Assembly: GCA_011109175.1 (NCBI GenBank)
Contig: RDEW01000086.1
Span: forward strand, 49,881 to 113,880
Length of the DNA: 64,000 bases
Direction of reading: 5' to 3'
From: Dicyema japonicum
Taxonomy: Eukaryota; Animalia; Dicyemida
Position numbers and translations under genes: made by a program. How positions within the stretch are numbered: position 1 is the first letter of the stretch; each line of letters opens with the position of its first letter. The notes under the pieces were generated by a model, which ran no database searches, was not told where the DNA came from, and worked only from the letters and a program-made list of their open reading frames with translations. Of the stretch, positions 49,501 through 63,050 are shown in pieces.

Positions 49501-50969
49501 TATAAACTTATCTTTTCATTATGGATATAATCCTTGCTTTTAAGAAGAACAAATTTTCACAAGAGTCACAAGTTCATAGCTCCAATATTCAGCAAAGATA
49601 CAATTTCAGATGTCAATCTCTTCACACTTTAGTTCTTAATTCTCAAATGTACTAAATAAACTAAGCATTTAACCGAATTAACAACAGTTATCTGCCACAG
49701 TTAATGCATTGTAATAACAATGTNTTAGAGATATAATCCTTGCTTTTAAGAAGAACAAACTTTCACAAAAGTTACAAGTTCATAGCTCGAATATGCAGAA
49801 AAAATACAATTTCAGATGTCAATCTCTTCACACTTTAGTTCTTAATTCTCAAATGCACTAAATAAACTAAGCATTTAACCGAACAACAACAGTTATCTGC
49901 CACAGTTAATGCATTTTAATAACAAAGTATTACTTAGCCCTCATTAATTTAAAATCAAAAAGAATGATCAATTGTTAGGATTTTTAGCTGCTTAAAAAGG
50001 AAGTGGACGACGAATTCAACTGGAAATTTGAATAACCCATAAAGTTACCAAAAATAAACACAAGCCAAACAAACCGTCGAACATTATGAACACCGCAATT
50101 TTTAAGGAATTGAGATGACTTCTAAAGCTAAAAGGAAGGCTTAATGATGCATGCTAATTAAATTTAATATTTATTCAATAAAAAGTTACTTTTTATAGAT
50201 CAATAATAATTTATTAATGGTACACTGTTTTTTGTAAACTTCCAATTCTTAGTGCAACCGCAAGCAATGAGGTCAATTGTGGTATTGTGGACGTGAATCC
50301 TATATTTATGTACTTGCATAATCCGTGAAACATCGAGAGAGAAATTAGTAGTGACCGAATTCATTAGGTTATCTCAGTTCCCCTTGTCGCCTTTTTAATC
50401 CTAGTATCTAACCGTTTCCCGGAAGTGTCTACCCTTGTGCGTACAAATTAAGTCGGTGGAGGACGATTGTCTGAAAAAAGATCGCTTATTTTCATACCTT
50501 GACACTGATAAAGATAGTGGATTTCTTTGTTCTTTGCAGAGCCAGAAGAATCTGGGGCCATTCCTTCATATTGACGACTCCGAGTATTAAATAACGAGGG
50601 TATGGTCCTTTCGACTCTGTAAAAGGTGTAGAGTATTGTAGTGCGGACTATTTGTGAACAGTAAAATTGCTTGCTGTCAGAACTTTCGATACAATAATTT
50701 TTCCGTACTCGAGGAAAATTATTCTAATTATAAATGTTAAAAAGTACTTAAATTATTGAGCTTGAATGACCATAATGTTTCCTCGACAATAGTATTGAGT
50801 ACGCTCTCGAGGCCATCCAGTCTCACATGGATCCACAATGGCCTTTTTCGTTTAACATTTTTAAAAAATTAATGAACATTATAAATTAAATTAAACGCAT
50901 GCTTAATTAGTTTTAACTTTAGTTCTTTCAATTTGAAAAAAAAGTTTATTCATTAATTAAAATTAGAAC

Positions 50970-52060
50970 AATTTCAAGGAACGAGAATGAGGAACAGATC
51001 AAGGCACTTGAAGATCTGAAGGACAATAGATGGTACTATGAGGCATGAGATTACTCCGTGGGCGCAAACGCAGACAACCTCTAATCATGAGTGATGAAAA
51101 TGGCAGACGGATAGCAGACCCTGCAGAAGCTGCAGAATTAATTGCCGGTCACTTAAAGAAATTGTTTAAGTCAAACAGCAACAGAATTGTAGTATTTACT
51201 GTTTATTTTAGAATATTGTTGGTGGAAATAACTTCCGCAGATATGCGATAAGCTTGTCGTAAGCTGAAAAGCAACAAAAGTCCGGGACCAGACGGGCTAG
51301 AACCATAGCTACTAAAGTATGGAAGTGAAAACATACATACCCTCATTGCGGACCTTTTCAATGGAATGTTTAAAACGACCAACCACTTACTTTCTGGACA
51401 AGGAATATTGGTCCCTGTTTAAAAACAGAACAAAGCTAAGGGAGAAGTGGAGAACCTCAGGCCAGTAATTCTTATGAACAGCATACGGTAAGTGCTTGCA
51501 ATTATTACTCTACAAAAGATAAAGTCTCGTACGGAACAATTTTTATCAGAGTTCCACAGCGGCTTTCGAGAAGGAAAGTCAACTACTGACATTGTGTGGA
51601 GCCATAGATGGCGTTATTCCATTATTCAAAGGTTAAAAAACGCGACAAACATTCTTGAAATCGATATGTCAAGAGCTTTTGATTCATCAATCGTCAGAAA
51701 TTGATGGATGTCCTAACAAAATTCCCTGACAATCTTCTACCCGGATGGTCGGGGTACTTTTATCACAAACTTACTGATCGGTCATAGTACAGGACAAGTG
51801 CTCTAAGCCATTTAAAAGAGCATCTGGGACACCTCAAAAGGTTCCGTTATCTTTTCATACTATTTGTCATATACCTGAAAGCTGCATCGAAGGAGCTAAA
51901 ACCATGCTATGAAGCAAAAAATCGATGTGGTGGCATATGCGGATGACTTAGATTTCATTTCTCTCGACATGATTGCTCAGAAGAACCTATGGAGGTGATG
52001 CCAAATAAACTTGCCGAGTGGTTCCTCAATGTAAATGTTGAGAAAACAAAATTGACTTAA
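50970..52060 (+). mobile_element. RTE-X LINE RT region
   Basis: KSPGPDG, NLRPVIL, SGFREGKSTTDIVWSHRW, IDMSRAFDS, GTPQ, YADD. Confidence 0.85.
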
Positions 52061-52079
52061 CTAGTCATACAAAAATCAC

Positions 52080-53190
52080 CGGACGTAGCACTCTGTTCAT
52101 CATCGCTTGATTGGTCAGTCCTCTACGAAACAAGAAGCGACCATAATCCAATTGTTGTGAAGATCAAAAGAGAAATCAACGTGAGAAGAATTCCTAGCAG
52201 CTACAATTACAAATGTGCTAACTGGAAATTGTATCATGAACTCTCAGAAGATAAAATGAAGAATTGTTACTTGGATAGCTTTATTTCTCTGGAGAAAGCC
52301 ATCAGCTATTTTACCCAAATAATCTTGGAAGCAAGATCAAGGGCTATACCCAAACATTACTTAAATTCGTTGAGTGGTCGAGGGAAGACGGCCTTGAGAA
52401 ATTTAACCGGATATCCTTGGATATGAAACTCCGTATCAGAACATTGAATAATTCCCGGAGCTCAAGGCCCTGAGGTTGAAGTGGAATCGTGTGCTTTCAA
52501 TGGTGAATAGAAATCGCACTACGGAAGAGGTGTGGAAAGCTATTCGAAATGTGGCAAAAGGCGATAAAGTCCCTGTGCTCCTCCCTCGTATCCACACAAA
52601 CTCGTACAGGGTGGCTGACTGTATTTGCAGGGCCACCTTCCCGCATGCCGAAGTTTTGTTTAATGAGGGCCTCCAGAGTAGTCGGTCCGGTTCTATGCCT
52701 CCCACAAGACCACCGCTCCGTCATTCTGAAAGCCTTCTTTTGAACGTCCTCAATCTTCTTAGTGTTCGTCCATGATAATGAAGGTCCCCACGAAGCACAC
52801 GCGTACGAGAAGCATGGTTCGATGTATTGCTTGTAAATGTTCATCAAGACTGGGTGGGTACCTGTCTTCCATATTACAGATAAACATTTTAATACAGGCT
52901 TAATGCCTGGATGGTGGAAAACTGGCTCGTGGTGAATGCAGAGAAGTCGTCTACGTCACTATTTACCTCGGACAAAAAATTGGGAAGAAGACAGTCACCT
53001 TGAAGTTAAACAAGGTCAACATCCCTTTCCACAGATGTCATAGGATTTTGGGTGTGACAATTGATATGCATCTCTGTTCAACACTTCACGTAGAAAACAT
53101 TCTTTTAAAATGCGAGAAGAAACTGTACGTATTGAAAAGTTTATCAGGAATATGGAAGAGTGGTACTCACCCAGTCTTGATGAAGACTGG
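52080..53190. mobile_element. Rearranged I-group LINE sequence with an internal inversion
   Basis: Plus: SDHNPI endonuclease end and linker (52080-52570). Minus: YACASW thumb to C-terminus (52570-52875). Plus: ILGVTID region (52880-53185). Confidence 0.75.
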
Positions 53191-53509
53191 TGACACCTAT
53201 ATATTCAAAGTCTCAGGACTCCCTATCCTTGATAAAGTTCCCAAAATAAGATTCAAACAATGGGAAGTACTTGTAGCAAATATGGCACCTCAACACTCTC
53301 GTAGTGTCTTGTCGTTGTTGACGTGTTTTTAATTTTTATTATGTGTTATTGTTTTTAATATTCTCAGTTAATTTAATCCAAGATATATTTGAATATACAT
53401 TTTTCTATCTATATTGTTGAAGTCAGTTAATAGTGACGAAGGCTGTTATCAAAGTGTTTTCGATAAATATTTCGCTAAACTGCAAAAAGAATAACAACTT
53501 TCTTTAACC

Positions 53510-53685
53510 CAGTTGTTCCCAACTTAGTAGGCCGCGTACCTGTTTTGGTACGTAAACCAATTGGTATAGGGCTGTTGTTGGTACGACGGTACATGTAAGT
53601 CGCAAGTAAACAATCTACCCCCTGGCCGCCGTTAAATTTGTCGAACGATTACCGGTTCGCGGCAATAAAAAATTTGGGACCACTG
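53510..53685. mobile_element. hAT MITE (176 bp)
   Basis: TIRs CAGTTGTTCCCAA / TTTGGGACCACTG; perfect 8-bp TSD CTTTAACC at 53502-53509 and 53686-53693. Confidence 0.9.
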
Positions 53686-54009
53686 CTTTAACCAAATATC
53701 TGCGCATGTGGCTGTAAAACTTTTGCATACATCTGATGAAATTTCTTACGATTCTAACCATTTCGGCAATAGTAACTTTCGAGCTACAGAAACAAGATGG
53801 GTTTTTTTGGAACAAGATCGAAAAAAAGGATCGAAGATTGTTTACAAGAATTAATTAAGTTATTCCAAAGACCAAGTGTAAAACTAAACTAATTCCTTAA
53901 TCCAATGCCTCCACAGAGGGAAGATAGAGAAATCTTGACACCACATGGCCTACGACGCCTAAAATCCATCAAAAATGTTTTAGCCATAAATATATTATTT
54001 CAGCATTAT

Positions 54010-55460
54010 AAATAATCAAGTCATTGTTGCACGTGGGTTCCGCAGCGAGAACTGCTGAAAATTTAAAAAGGAGAAAGTTACATGACTTCGTGGACTAGCC
54101 AGCCGATTACTGTTACGACATTTGGCATTATTAGGCTCGAGGACGTCTATTTGAAGGTTAATTGATTGCCTTACAGAGCAGCGGAAGGGTGACCCTAGAA
54201 ATACGCGAAGGCTTTCCAGAGCATTGGGATCGCTATTATGAAAAGTACCCATACTTATATGAATACGTGAGGTACAGCTTGTGCCGTGCTCTTCATATTA
54301 CGTTCTACCAGATTTCTCTATGTAGCTTTTCTCCTCGGACTTCTCCACAGTAGTTTAGATCGTCCACAGGAAACAATAGACAGACTGAGAGTACGATAAG
54401 AACATATAAACTANTAATTATATGAATACGTGCGGTACAGCTTGTGCCGTGCTCTTCATATTACGTTCTACCAGATTTCTCTATGTAGCTTTTCTCCTCG
54501 GACTTCTCCACAGTAGTTTAGATCGTCCACAGGAAACAATAGACAGACTGAGAGTACGATAAGAACATATAAACTACAAGTCACCTTTCAACTAACAAAA
54601 ATTATAGTAGGGTTATTAATTAAAGTCAAATTGTGACTAATTACTTTTAATTTAATACATATATATTTTTAAAAATTGTTTTACAATATGGCGAACCTAT
54701 AAATACATTAAAATATTTTTAGCATGCTTTTGCATAGTTGTTGTGGTGGGCTGCTTGTGTAATTTTTTGTATTTTTCTATTGTATGGTCATACATTATAT
54801 AATTGGATTCATCAAATAGTGTTGAAAGTTGTTATCAAAATGTCTAATATATATTTTATATTTTGTTAACCTATGAATATGGATTTTTTCACTATTTGAT
54901 TTCTCCCTATTTACATTCTCTTGGCCATATTTTTTCAGTCTGTTTGTATTCCTAATTGTTATGCGTCTGCATCATGTCAATAATATTTTTCAGCAATCCA
55001 ATTATTATATAGTACCGCATGTGCTACAATCAAAACAATATTTAGAGTTAATCTCCTCCATCTTCCTCTCTCGAATGCAATTGATCCTAATTTGTCTGGT
55101 CCTTCCCCGTTTTGAGCTTTTTTTCTCCTGGTTTATATCAGTAATCCAATAATATATATAATTCGAAGAGAAAAATAACATTTGATCTGTAATCTGTGAT
55201 TTATTCACTTCATTTTCTTCGAACTATATTGAATCTTCACTTCCGATTTTTACCGTTTGAACATTGCTTTTGTTGCATAACCCATTTCATTTNTTTTCTC
55301 CTGGTTTATATCAGTAATCCAATAATATATATAATTCGAAGAGAAAAATAACATTTGATCTGTCATCTGTGATTTATTCACTTCATTTTTTTCGAACTAC
55401 ATTGAATCTTCACTTTCGATTTTTACCGTTTGAACATTGCTTTTGTTGCATAACCCGTTT
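54010..55460. repeat. Composite repeat, copy 4 (least interrupted)
   Basis: CRE C-terminus (SAARTAENLKRRK, FQSIGIAIMK) plus UTR, spacer with conserved motif at 54680-54706, minus-strand YYW / CSTC / KKYG remnant. Confidence 0.75.
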
Positions 55461-55469
55461 ATTTTTTAT

Positions 55470-56200
55470 TCGGTATAGAGGAGAGACCGGTATATTGAAC
55501 ATGTCATTAAATTTACTTATAACGAAAAAATGAAACACTAAAATTAATAGAAGTCTGTCTATAAGGATTACTTCGTATTTAGCTTCGATTGCGCATTAGT
55601 AAATTCTGTAGCTTTTGCGATAAAAATTGCTCTTGACTAACAAAAGTTTTTGGAATGTGTTATCTGGAACACTCCCAAGTGATTTTATTCAAATTCGTAT
55701 TTCTTTACAATTACCGCCATCTAACACGAAATCCGTTTGAAGTGTACCTGAACGATTCCGATAAATAATTTTCCTGAGAAATAGAATGAAATTCTTGTAT
55801 ATTGGTCGTGTAAACATTGAATAATTCCAAATAAACATCAGTTTTTCTATTATGTCTGATACAGTGCTGCATCCAACTCCATACTTTTTTGTGAGAAATC
55901 TTTGTGTCGGTTTACGTGTTTGGTTCGATTCATTTATTATTTGAATTTTCTTCTTTAAGACAATTCGTATTTCTTTACAACTACCGCCATCCAACAACGA
56001 AATCTGTTTGAAGTGGACCCCAACCATTCCGATAAATAGCTTTCCTGAGAAATATAACGAAATTTTTGTATATTGCAAGTGTAACCCTTCCATATGAATC
56101 TGTTTGAAGTGGACCCCAACCATTCCGATAAATAGCTTTCCTGAGAAATATAACGAAATTTTTGTATATTGCAAGTTTAAACCTTCCATATGTGCTAATA
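55470..56200 (-). mobile_element. pogo/Tigger relic with internal tandem duplications
   Basis: LTKKYGVGCSTVSDII psq-type HTH and GIIQCL motifs. Confidence 0.6.
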
Positions 56201-56249
56201 ACTCAAAACTTTATGTTAATCATGTTCCCATAATTTGTAGCATCAAACC

Positions 56250-57120
56250 ATTGATTATATGTTATGTTGTCCAATTTATTCCGCTTACTCCAAGCAGGAC
56301 AATATCAAGCCTTCTCTTTTTTACGACTTCTAGTTTCCCTTCGTTTAAGCGTCTTACGTTCCATGTTGCGAAATTATGAGATTCTGTGTGACGAAGACTC
56401 GAGATTTGATGTTTCGCAGTCACGTTACTTCCAATTAGATCGTAGGAGAGTTTGCTCATAATATTTTCATGGCATTTAAATACATTTAATAAGCCATTGA
56501 TTACTACAAGTTTATTACCAATTTTTCCAGTTCGTTCGTACACTAAACATTTAAATTGCCGTTCGTTTAATTTTTAATTTTAACTTTTATTTTCTTTTTA
56601 ATAAAGTCAATTTGACATGTGTGAAAAAGACATAATTTAAGAATTAGTTCAACCAATAGAGAAATGTTCAAGTATGCATCAGGCGTAAGCTGATTAATAC
56701 AATAGTGCTCCAGGTTTTTCTATAGGGCGCAAAATCATAAATACTGAAAAAGGCAGATAGAGGAAAAATTGATGCTTTTGAACTTTTGTGTGGAGGAGTT
56801 TACTAAGAATCCCTTGGACTTTCAAAATAACAAACATCGATGTACTCGAACGGGTGGATACGGACATTTCGCTAGAAGGAAGAATCGTAAAACACAGATT
56901 GGCGTTCTCTGGGCATGTTGTCCGCTCTGATTCCCTGAAAGAACGATCATGCTGAGCAATTTTATTGGGAACATTGAAGAAGATACTATCTTAGTCAGAT
57001 ATTTTCTGATGTTTTTGTCGCAGTGACAGAGTGGGTACAGAAGGGGACGCTCGCAAAAGAAATTCATTGTTGAACGTTGCTGGGAGTTTCCTTTATGAGG
57101 ATAACACAAGAATTGTCCGT
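56250..57120. mobile_element. RTE-clade fragments (endonuclease start on minus, thumb on plus)
   Basis: TWNVRRLNEGKL..DIV.LG (minus); KIDAFEL..LLRIPWT (plus). Confidence 0.7.
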
Positions 57121-57149
57121 TTCCTATTATCTAACACTGAATTAACTGT

Positions 57150-57960
57150 ACGAGTTGGGAACACAACATCGAAGCTTTTCGGGACTTAGTTGGAATACCT
57201 TAGGAGGACTCTCTATCTCCGGTTCTATTCCCCTTATACATGGAAGCGGCATTGAGAGCTTTTAGAACAAAATGTGAAGGATGCATGCCGATGGAGATTT
57301 TATATGCAGATGACATAGATTTTATGTCAGAAAATGATCTAGAACTTGGACTTGCTTTAGAGAAAATCCCTGGAGAATTTAAGAATTTGTTACTGCGAGT
57401 TAATCAAGGAAAGACTCAACACATAAGAATCACAAGGGAATTAAAATATATTGATAAAAATGCAGGAAAAAAAGGAAATTTGGATCCTTACTTGGTGATA
57501 GTGAGGACATGTGTATAAAAGCCACTGCCATGTATAAGAAAATGCAGAAGATATGAAGTCGAAGAAAACTAATAAAAACAAATTTAACAATAAGACTTTA
57601 CAACTCATATATACAGCCGGTACTTGTGTATATCTTAGGTACATGGGTGGTCACAGAGCTAGAGCTCAAGAAAATGGGTATATTTCATTAAAAACAATTA
57701 CGCAATTTAATGAGCCTAGGTTGGCCAATGAAGATTTCAAGTAAGAAATTATACTTTGAAGCACGTTAAAGGACAATAAGCATCGACATTATTTAATCAA
57801 GATAAAGACTGTTTGGGCACGTGCTTAGAATGAACATATATGCCTTTGCAAATATAATAATGGAAGACCCAGAGTCACTCTACCCGTGGCTCTGAACAAC
57901 GATATAAATGGAATTGGAAGAAAACTTAAATCTGCCTAAGACCTAAAAGATCTCCGGACA
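57150..57960 (+). mobile_element. RTE-X RT and C-terminal region
   Basis: DSLSPVLF, YADDIDF, LRVNQGKT, LFGHVLR. Confidence 0.8.
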
Positions 57961-58199
57961 GATGCGCAGGTCGATGGAGACGCCCAGTAAAGCAGATTTT
58001 GAAACGTGTGGCACAAACGGGACCTTAGTCAATAAAACGTTTTTTGGTTTTGTAAAAGTGCTTCTATTAATAATAATAACGTCAATCAGGGGACCGGTTA
58101 GCAACAAATGCATTGTAGGGATTGATGAGTCTGAGATAGAAAGGTGAAAAGTTTATTTCATTAATATATTTATGAAAAACACAAAACCCAACCAAAAAT

Positions 58200-58810
58200 G
58201 ATCCCCGTCGAAATAATCGACGTTCCGCTGCCTCTCACAATCGAACAGAGATAAACTGGAGAAGCCATCGTGCGTCGTGGCTTTTAGTTTATCTAGGTGT
58301 CACAGTTTCTTAAGGAAACGAAGCTATTTCCCGCTTATTCCTCTTGTTGTCTCAACTACGATGGGACCGAGAACCATTCGAGCAACGCTTCGAATTTTTT
58401 CTCCTTTGATTCATTGTTTTTTCCGCTGCATACAGTGTGTCTACCGCGCTCCCGACAATGTTGGATAAGGAAAGGGGGTCGACGCACGTAGTATCCCATA
58501 CCAAAAGCTTTTTTCCTCGATAGAAAAATTGTGATTTCGTCCCGTCATCTTCCATCTCTGTCCGGTCAACAGGTTCAATTATGAAGGATTATCCAGCAGA
58601 CTCCATGACTCGATTAACAATTCTGTTCATCGCCTTATGTATTGGGAATCACCCTGCACTTTTTAGACAAGAAAGGACATGATGTCCATAACAGTCTACA
58701 GTACCATCGCACCAAGACTTGTGATTCTGCAAATCTTCAGTCCAAGTCTGATGGATATCGTCATCAAGGTGACTCCTGAATGGGAGGGCATCGATCCAAA
58801 CGCCGATACT
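58200..58810 (-). mobile_element. CRE C-terminal fragment
   Basis: LVWDTTCVDPLS..SAV..AAEK; near-duplicate at 59215-59960. Confidence 0.75.
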
Positions 58811-59214
58811 AATCTTCTCATAAGTTAACGATATTCCTTCTCATAATCGGATACTAATCTTCTCATAAGTTAACGATATTCCTTCTCATAAGTTAACGGT
58901 AAAAACATACAAGACTTAATTGAAGGCATTGGACATTATCTTCGGTCTTGTCGCAAACTGTAGAAAATTTCAGAATTATACCATTTTTGAGGTTTTTTCA
59001 GTTGCATTTATTATAGAGCTGAAAAAGTTTCGGTTTTGATCGACGAAAAGGGTATTTTGGAAGATATATGTGAATAACTCATAGAAAGAATGGTGGAAAA
59101 CCCTACAATAGAAAACTATAATATTTGAATGGTCCGAAATCTACTATAATATTGGTGTACACGTGAATTAAAAANNNNNNNNNNNNNNNNNNNNNNNNNN
59201 NNNNNNNNNNNCCG

Positions 59215-60130
59215 TCTACATAATCGACGTTCCGCTGCCTCTCACAATCGCAACAGAGATAAACTGGAGAAGCCATCGTGCGTCGTGGCATTTAGTTTAT
59301 CTAGGTGTCACAATTTCTTAAGGAAACAAAGCTATTTCCCGCTTATTCCTCTTGTTGTCTCAACTACGATTGGACCGAGAACCATTCGAGCAACGCTTCG
59401 GATTTTTTCTCCTTTAATTTTTTGTTTTTTTCCGCTACATACAGTGTGTCTACAAGGCTCCCAACAATGTTGAATAGGCAAATGGGGTCGACGCACGTAA
59501 TATCCCATATCAAAAGCTTCTCATCTTCGATAGAAAAATTGTGATTTTGTCTGGTCGTTTTTCATCTCTGTCCGATCAACAGGTTCAATTTTGAAGGACT
59601 ATTCAGCAGACTCCATGACTCGATTTACAATGCCGTTTATCGTCTTATGTATTGGGAATCACCCTGCACTTTTCAGACTAGAAAGGACTTGATGTCCTTA
59701 ACAGTCTACAGTGCCATTGCACCGGCACTTGTGAGTCTGCAAATCTTCAGTCCAAGTCTGATGGATATCGTCATCAAGGTGACTCCTGAATGGGAGGGCA
59801 TCGATCCAAACGCCTCTACATCCGCATCTTCCAGTGACTAGGCACCGGGACTTGTGAGTCTGCAAATCTTCAGTCCAAGTCTGATGGATATCGTCATCAA
59901 GGTGACTCCTGAATGGGAGGGCATCGATCCAAACGCCTCTACATCCGCATCTTCCAGTGACTAGACAGGCACGTCGTTGTTGGTTTGATTGGTTCAGAGC
60001 ATCTCACATTTATCTTCGCAGAAAGACTTCTGCTAAGACATCTTGACTCTAAGATGCTCCAGATCTTTGATCTCCGACGATTCTGTTGGATTTACTTGAT
60101 CACCAGCAACAAAAGTATATGAAACCAGTA
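59215..60130 (-). mobile_element. CRE C-terminal fragment with about 120-bp tandem duplication
   Basis: Paralogous to 58200-58810 and 22960-23350. Confidence 0.75.
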
Positions 60131-60869
60131 GCAGGGATCAGATGTAGCAAGTGTTGTAATAAAAACTCCACTAAAATTATAATATGGTACAAATTCAAAA
60201 TGAGATTATAGAGGTCCTTAAATTGTGTAAGTCGATATATTCAACGTTTGGTGTTCAAATCAAAGGAGATTTTACGAAAGAACAGGCCAATATTAACAAG
60301 AATGAGTGATTACCATACTTTAATCCTCCGAACTTAAATTTGAATAATTTTGGGCATTTTAATTTTGCTTTAACATTAAAATCGGAAAGCAAAATTGGAG
60401 TTTAGGATCGCAGTTTATCTACTTGGCTATACCTCCTGCGATAGAATTTTGTTAGATCACCATCATTCGCGAAGATTACCTGAGCGAGCTGAGATGAGTA
60501 TCCGATTTTTTTGAAAAAATCGTAAGATGAGGTTCCCAGAGGTTTCCAGGAAGAAATGTTACATCACTGGAAAAGTCGTCGTACTTCCTGCAATTCTATT
60601 ATGGCCTTCCCAACAGCGATGCATTGGCATAATTATTCAAATTTAGTCAAATTGCATAAATCAATATTTAAATTAGAGGAAATTAGAATAATATCAGATT
60701 TAACGTTGAATGTCTGGGTGAGCTTATGGTCTTCATTGGTCCTTAAATATGGGTGGACTCACTCAAAGTTGACAGAGGGTCAATTTATGAGATTTTCTTT
60801 TACTTTGTTATGCGTCATTTGCGCCACGGACAAGTATTTTAAACTGAAAACGGCGCGTATACATCTGTC

Positions 60870-61586
60870 ATGGATAGCGATTTCCCTAATTTTCTCCCAG
60901 AAAGTCCAAATAATCTGTTTCCGAATATCCCCGGTTGGTATTTTGAAGACGACGTCTTTTATTCCCATAACTCTGAAATGTTTCCGGAGTTCTTCACGGA
61001 AACGTACAATCTCTGTGAAAATCTGAACTTGAATAATAACGACAACAATTTGTTTGACACTGATGACAAAATCTATTCACATTTTGAGCCCCCCGTTTTG
61101 ATAACTGGTTAGTTCTAAGACCTCTTTCTTATATTTTTCTATCAATTAACTTTGTTTACTTTCATTTTAGAAAAGGAGAGCCCTTCCCCTCAAAATTACG
61201 ACTTTTCAATGATGCTTCAGCCATCGGAGGATCACTTTGTGACTCAACTCGAGGACCCGGTAATAACTGAAGATACATTCTTCTTTGATGATGATGGATA
61301 TCATTTTAATTCTCAGTACAATAAGAAAAAATACATGAAAAAGCGGGAAAAAGATCAAAGGAGAAAAATAGCCAGAAAAATGGACAAGCTGAAGAAGTGC
61401 ATTCCGTCGCTTGCTTGTAAAAAGGCAACGAAGGTTGTCATTTTGACCGAAGCTACGTCCTTAATTTTGGCAATGAAAAATAAATGTCTCCGCCAGATAG
61501 AAGAAGCGACGAGGCTGAAGTTGCTGGTCAAAGAGAAGTCAGAGTCCATATTGAAGCGAATAGAATCCATCCCACGTGAGGAGTAG
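60870..61586 (+). CDS. myc: Myc-like bHLH-ZIP transcription factor, copy 2 (217 aa; exons 60870-61107 and 61171-61586)
   Basis: A 63-nt phase-1 GT-AG intron (61108-61170) joins MDSDFPNF..PVLIT to EKESPSP.. in frame. C-terminal bHLH-ZIP has KATKVVILTEAT, matching Myc KAPKVVILKKAT. The symbol is a family-level call. Confidence 0.8.
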
Positions 61587-62761
61587 TGAATTGACTTTAA
61601 TTAATTTCCTTTTGTATTTTAGCTTTGTTTTGTTTTTTTATGTCACTTACAAAGGCATTCCAATCACCAGCAATGAATATAAGGTAAGAAGAAGAAATAA
61701 AATTGTACACTTCATTTACAGTTGAGTAGAAACTCTAGTTCTTCATGGCTAGATGAAACTCTGACTCCTGTTGGCGTATATAGATTCATTATAGAGATCA
61801 CAGAATTCGGTCTATTCCCCCATCTGTTTCGCACAACAGCTACTCAGTCAGAAACTTGCCAGATTCGAGTTACATGATTGCGGATATTGTGATCTAATCC
61901 ATAATGTCTACATGTTGCTGGAAGAGTAATTATGTAGTATTCATTATACCTATTCCTTTTCGAAGACATCTTATACTAGAATAAAAGATTTATCTACTAG
62001 AGAAGCTGCTCAGGTCAAATCTCTTTTATCTTACTACCTTCAACATTTAGCCGCACAGGAATTCGAGCGATAATTTTTCTACAAGATTAATATGTATGAA
62101 TATCACGGAAAATAGGCTAATATACCATAATATGTATAACTGTGAAAAGCAGACACCGATTGAGTTCGGACTCTTATAAATAAAATCAGTTGATTTTTGC
62201 TCTCAGAGAATTAATCTGTGAAAGTTTTAAAGTGAAATTCCATAAGCCCAGGAGTCACAGGCTGTCTGCGACATTGAATCTGATCGAATCTTTATTAGGG
62301 ACGTTGGGTATTTATTGACGCATTAAGAGTTCTCTTTAGTGAAACATCTATGTATTCTAGCTTCTTCTACGTTGGCCTCATTGATTCGGATGTTACCGAA
62401 ACTGGGGTAAATAGTCTAATTTTTAATCATCTGACTTGGGAAATTGAATCCCTACGAAAAATGGTCCGGTGAAGAGTTAAAGACTAATCGTTGAAATACG
62501 TAACCACTAATAATGAGAGGAAAGTTATTTGATGATAGAATATTGCTAATTAACTACAGGGCCCTGATAATATTTGGATTTTTCCGACCTCCGTCTAGTT
62601 AAGCTTGTGTTATGGTACAACGAATCCAACAAAAGTAATAACAGTTTTACCACTTCCAGTATTAAAGATTGTTATTGGTGATTCTCATGTATGATCTCCT
62701 TGCTTCTAAAGATTTAAGGTATATTAGCGATATTCTATCAACTCATCTTTGTAAGGTATAT

Positions 62762-63050
62762 TTTTATTTATTTAACACCCAAGACCATGGTAAAACCAAA
62801 ACTAACTATCACGAGATCCCGATGCGCTCCGCCAAAATCCTCATTCTTTCCCGGTGCTCCTCCCTCATACCCACACAAGCTCGTACAGGGCAGCTGACTG
62901 TATTTGCAGGGCCAACTTCCCGCATGCCGGAGTTTTGTTTAATGAGGGCCTCCAAAATAATCGGTCCGGTTCTATGTCTCCCACAAGACCACCGCTCCGT
63001 CATTCTAAAAGCCTTCTTTTGAACGTCCTCAATCTTCTTAGTGTTCGTCC
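62762..63050 (-). mobile_element. 5'-truncated I-group LINE insertion specific to duplicate copy 2
   Basis: Absent at 1905 in copy 1. Flanked by ATAT direct repeats (62758-62761, 63051-63054). Ends ..RIGIS*, UTR, AAATAAATAAAA on minus. Confidence 0.8.

Noticed and set aside
54590-54710. Spliced-leader or U5 snRNA candidate (Sm-like AATTTTTG on minus, TTCGCC) next to CRE 3' ends
   Set aside because: No U5 loop-1 GCCUUUUAC, and no SL exon/donor plus stem-loops could be identified.
54700-55000. Near-open minus frames with few TAA/TAG suggesting an alternative genetic code
   Set aside because: The host genes terminate with TAA or TAG and splice correctly under the standard code; stops differ between repeat copies, indicating decay.
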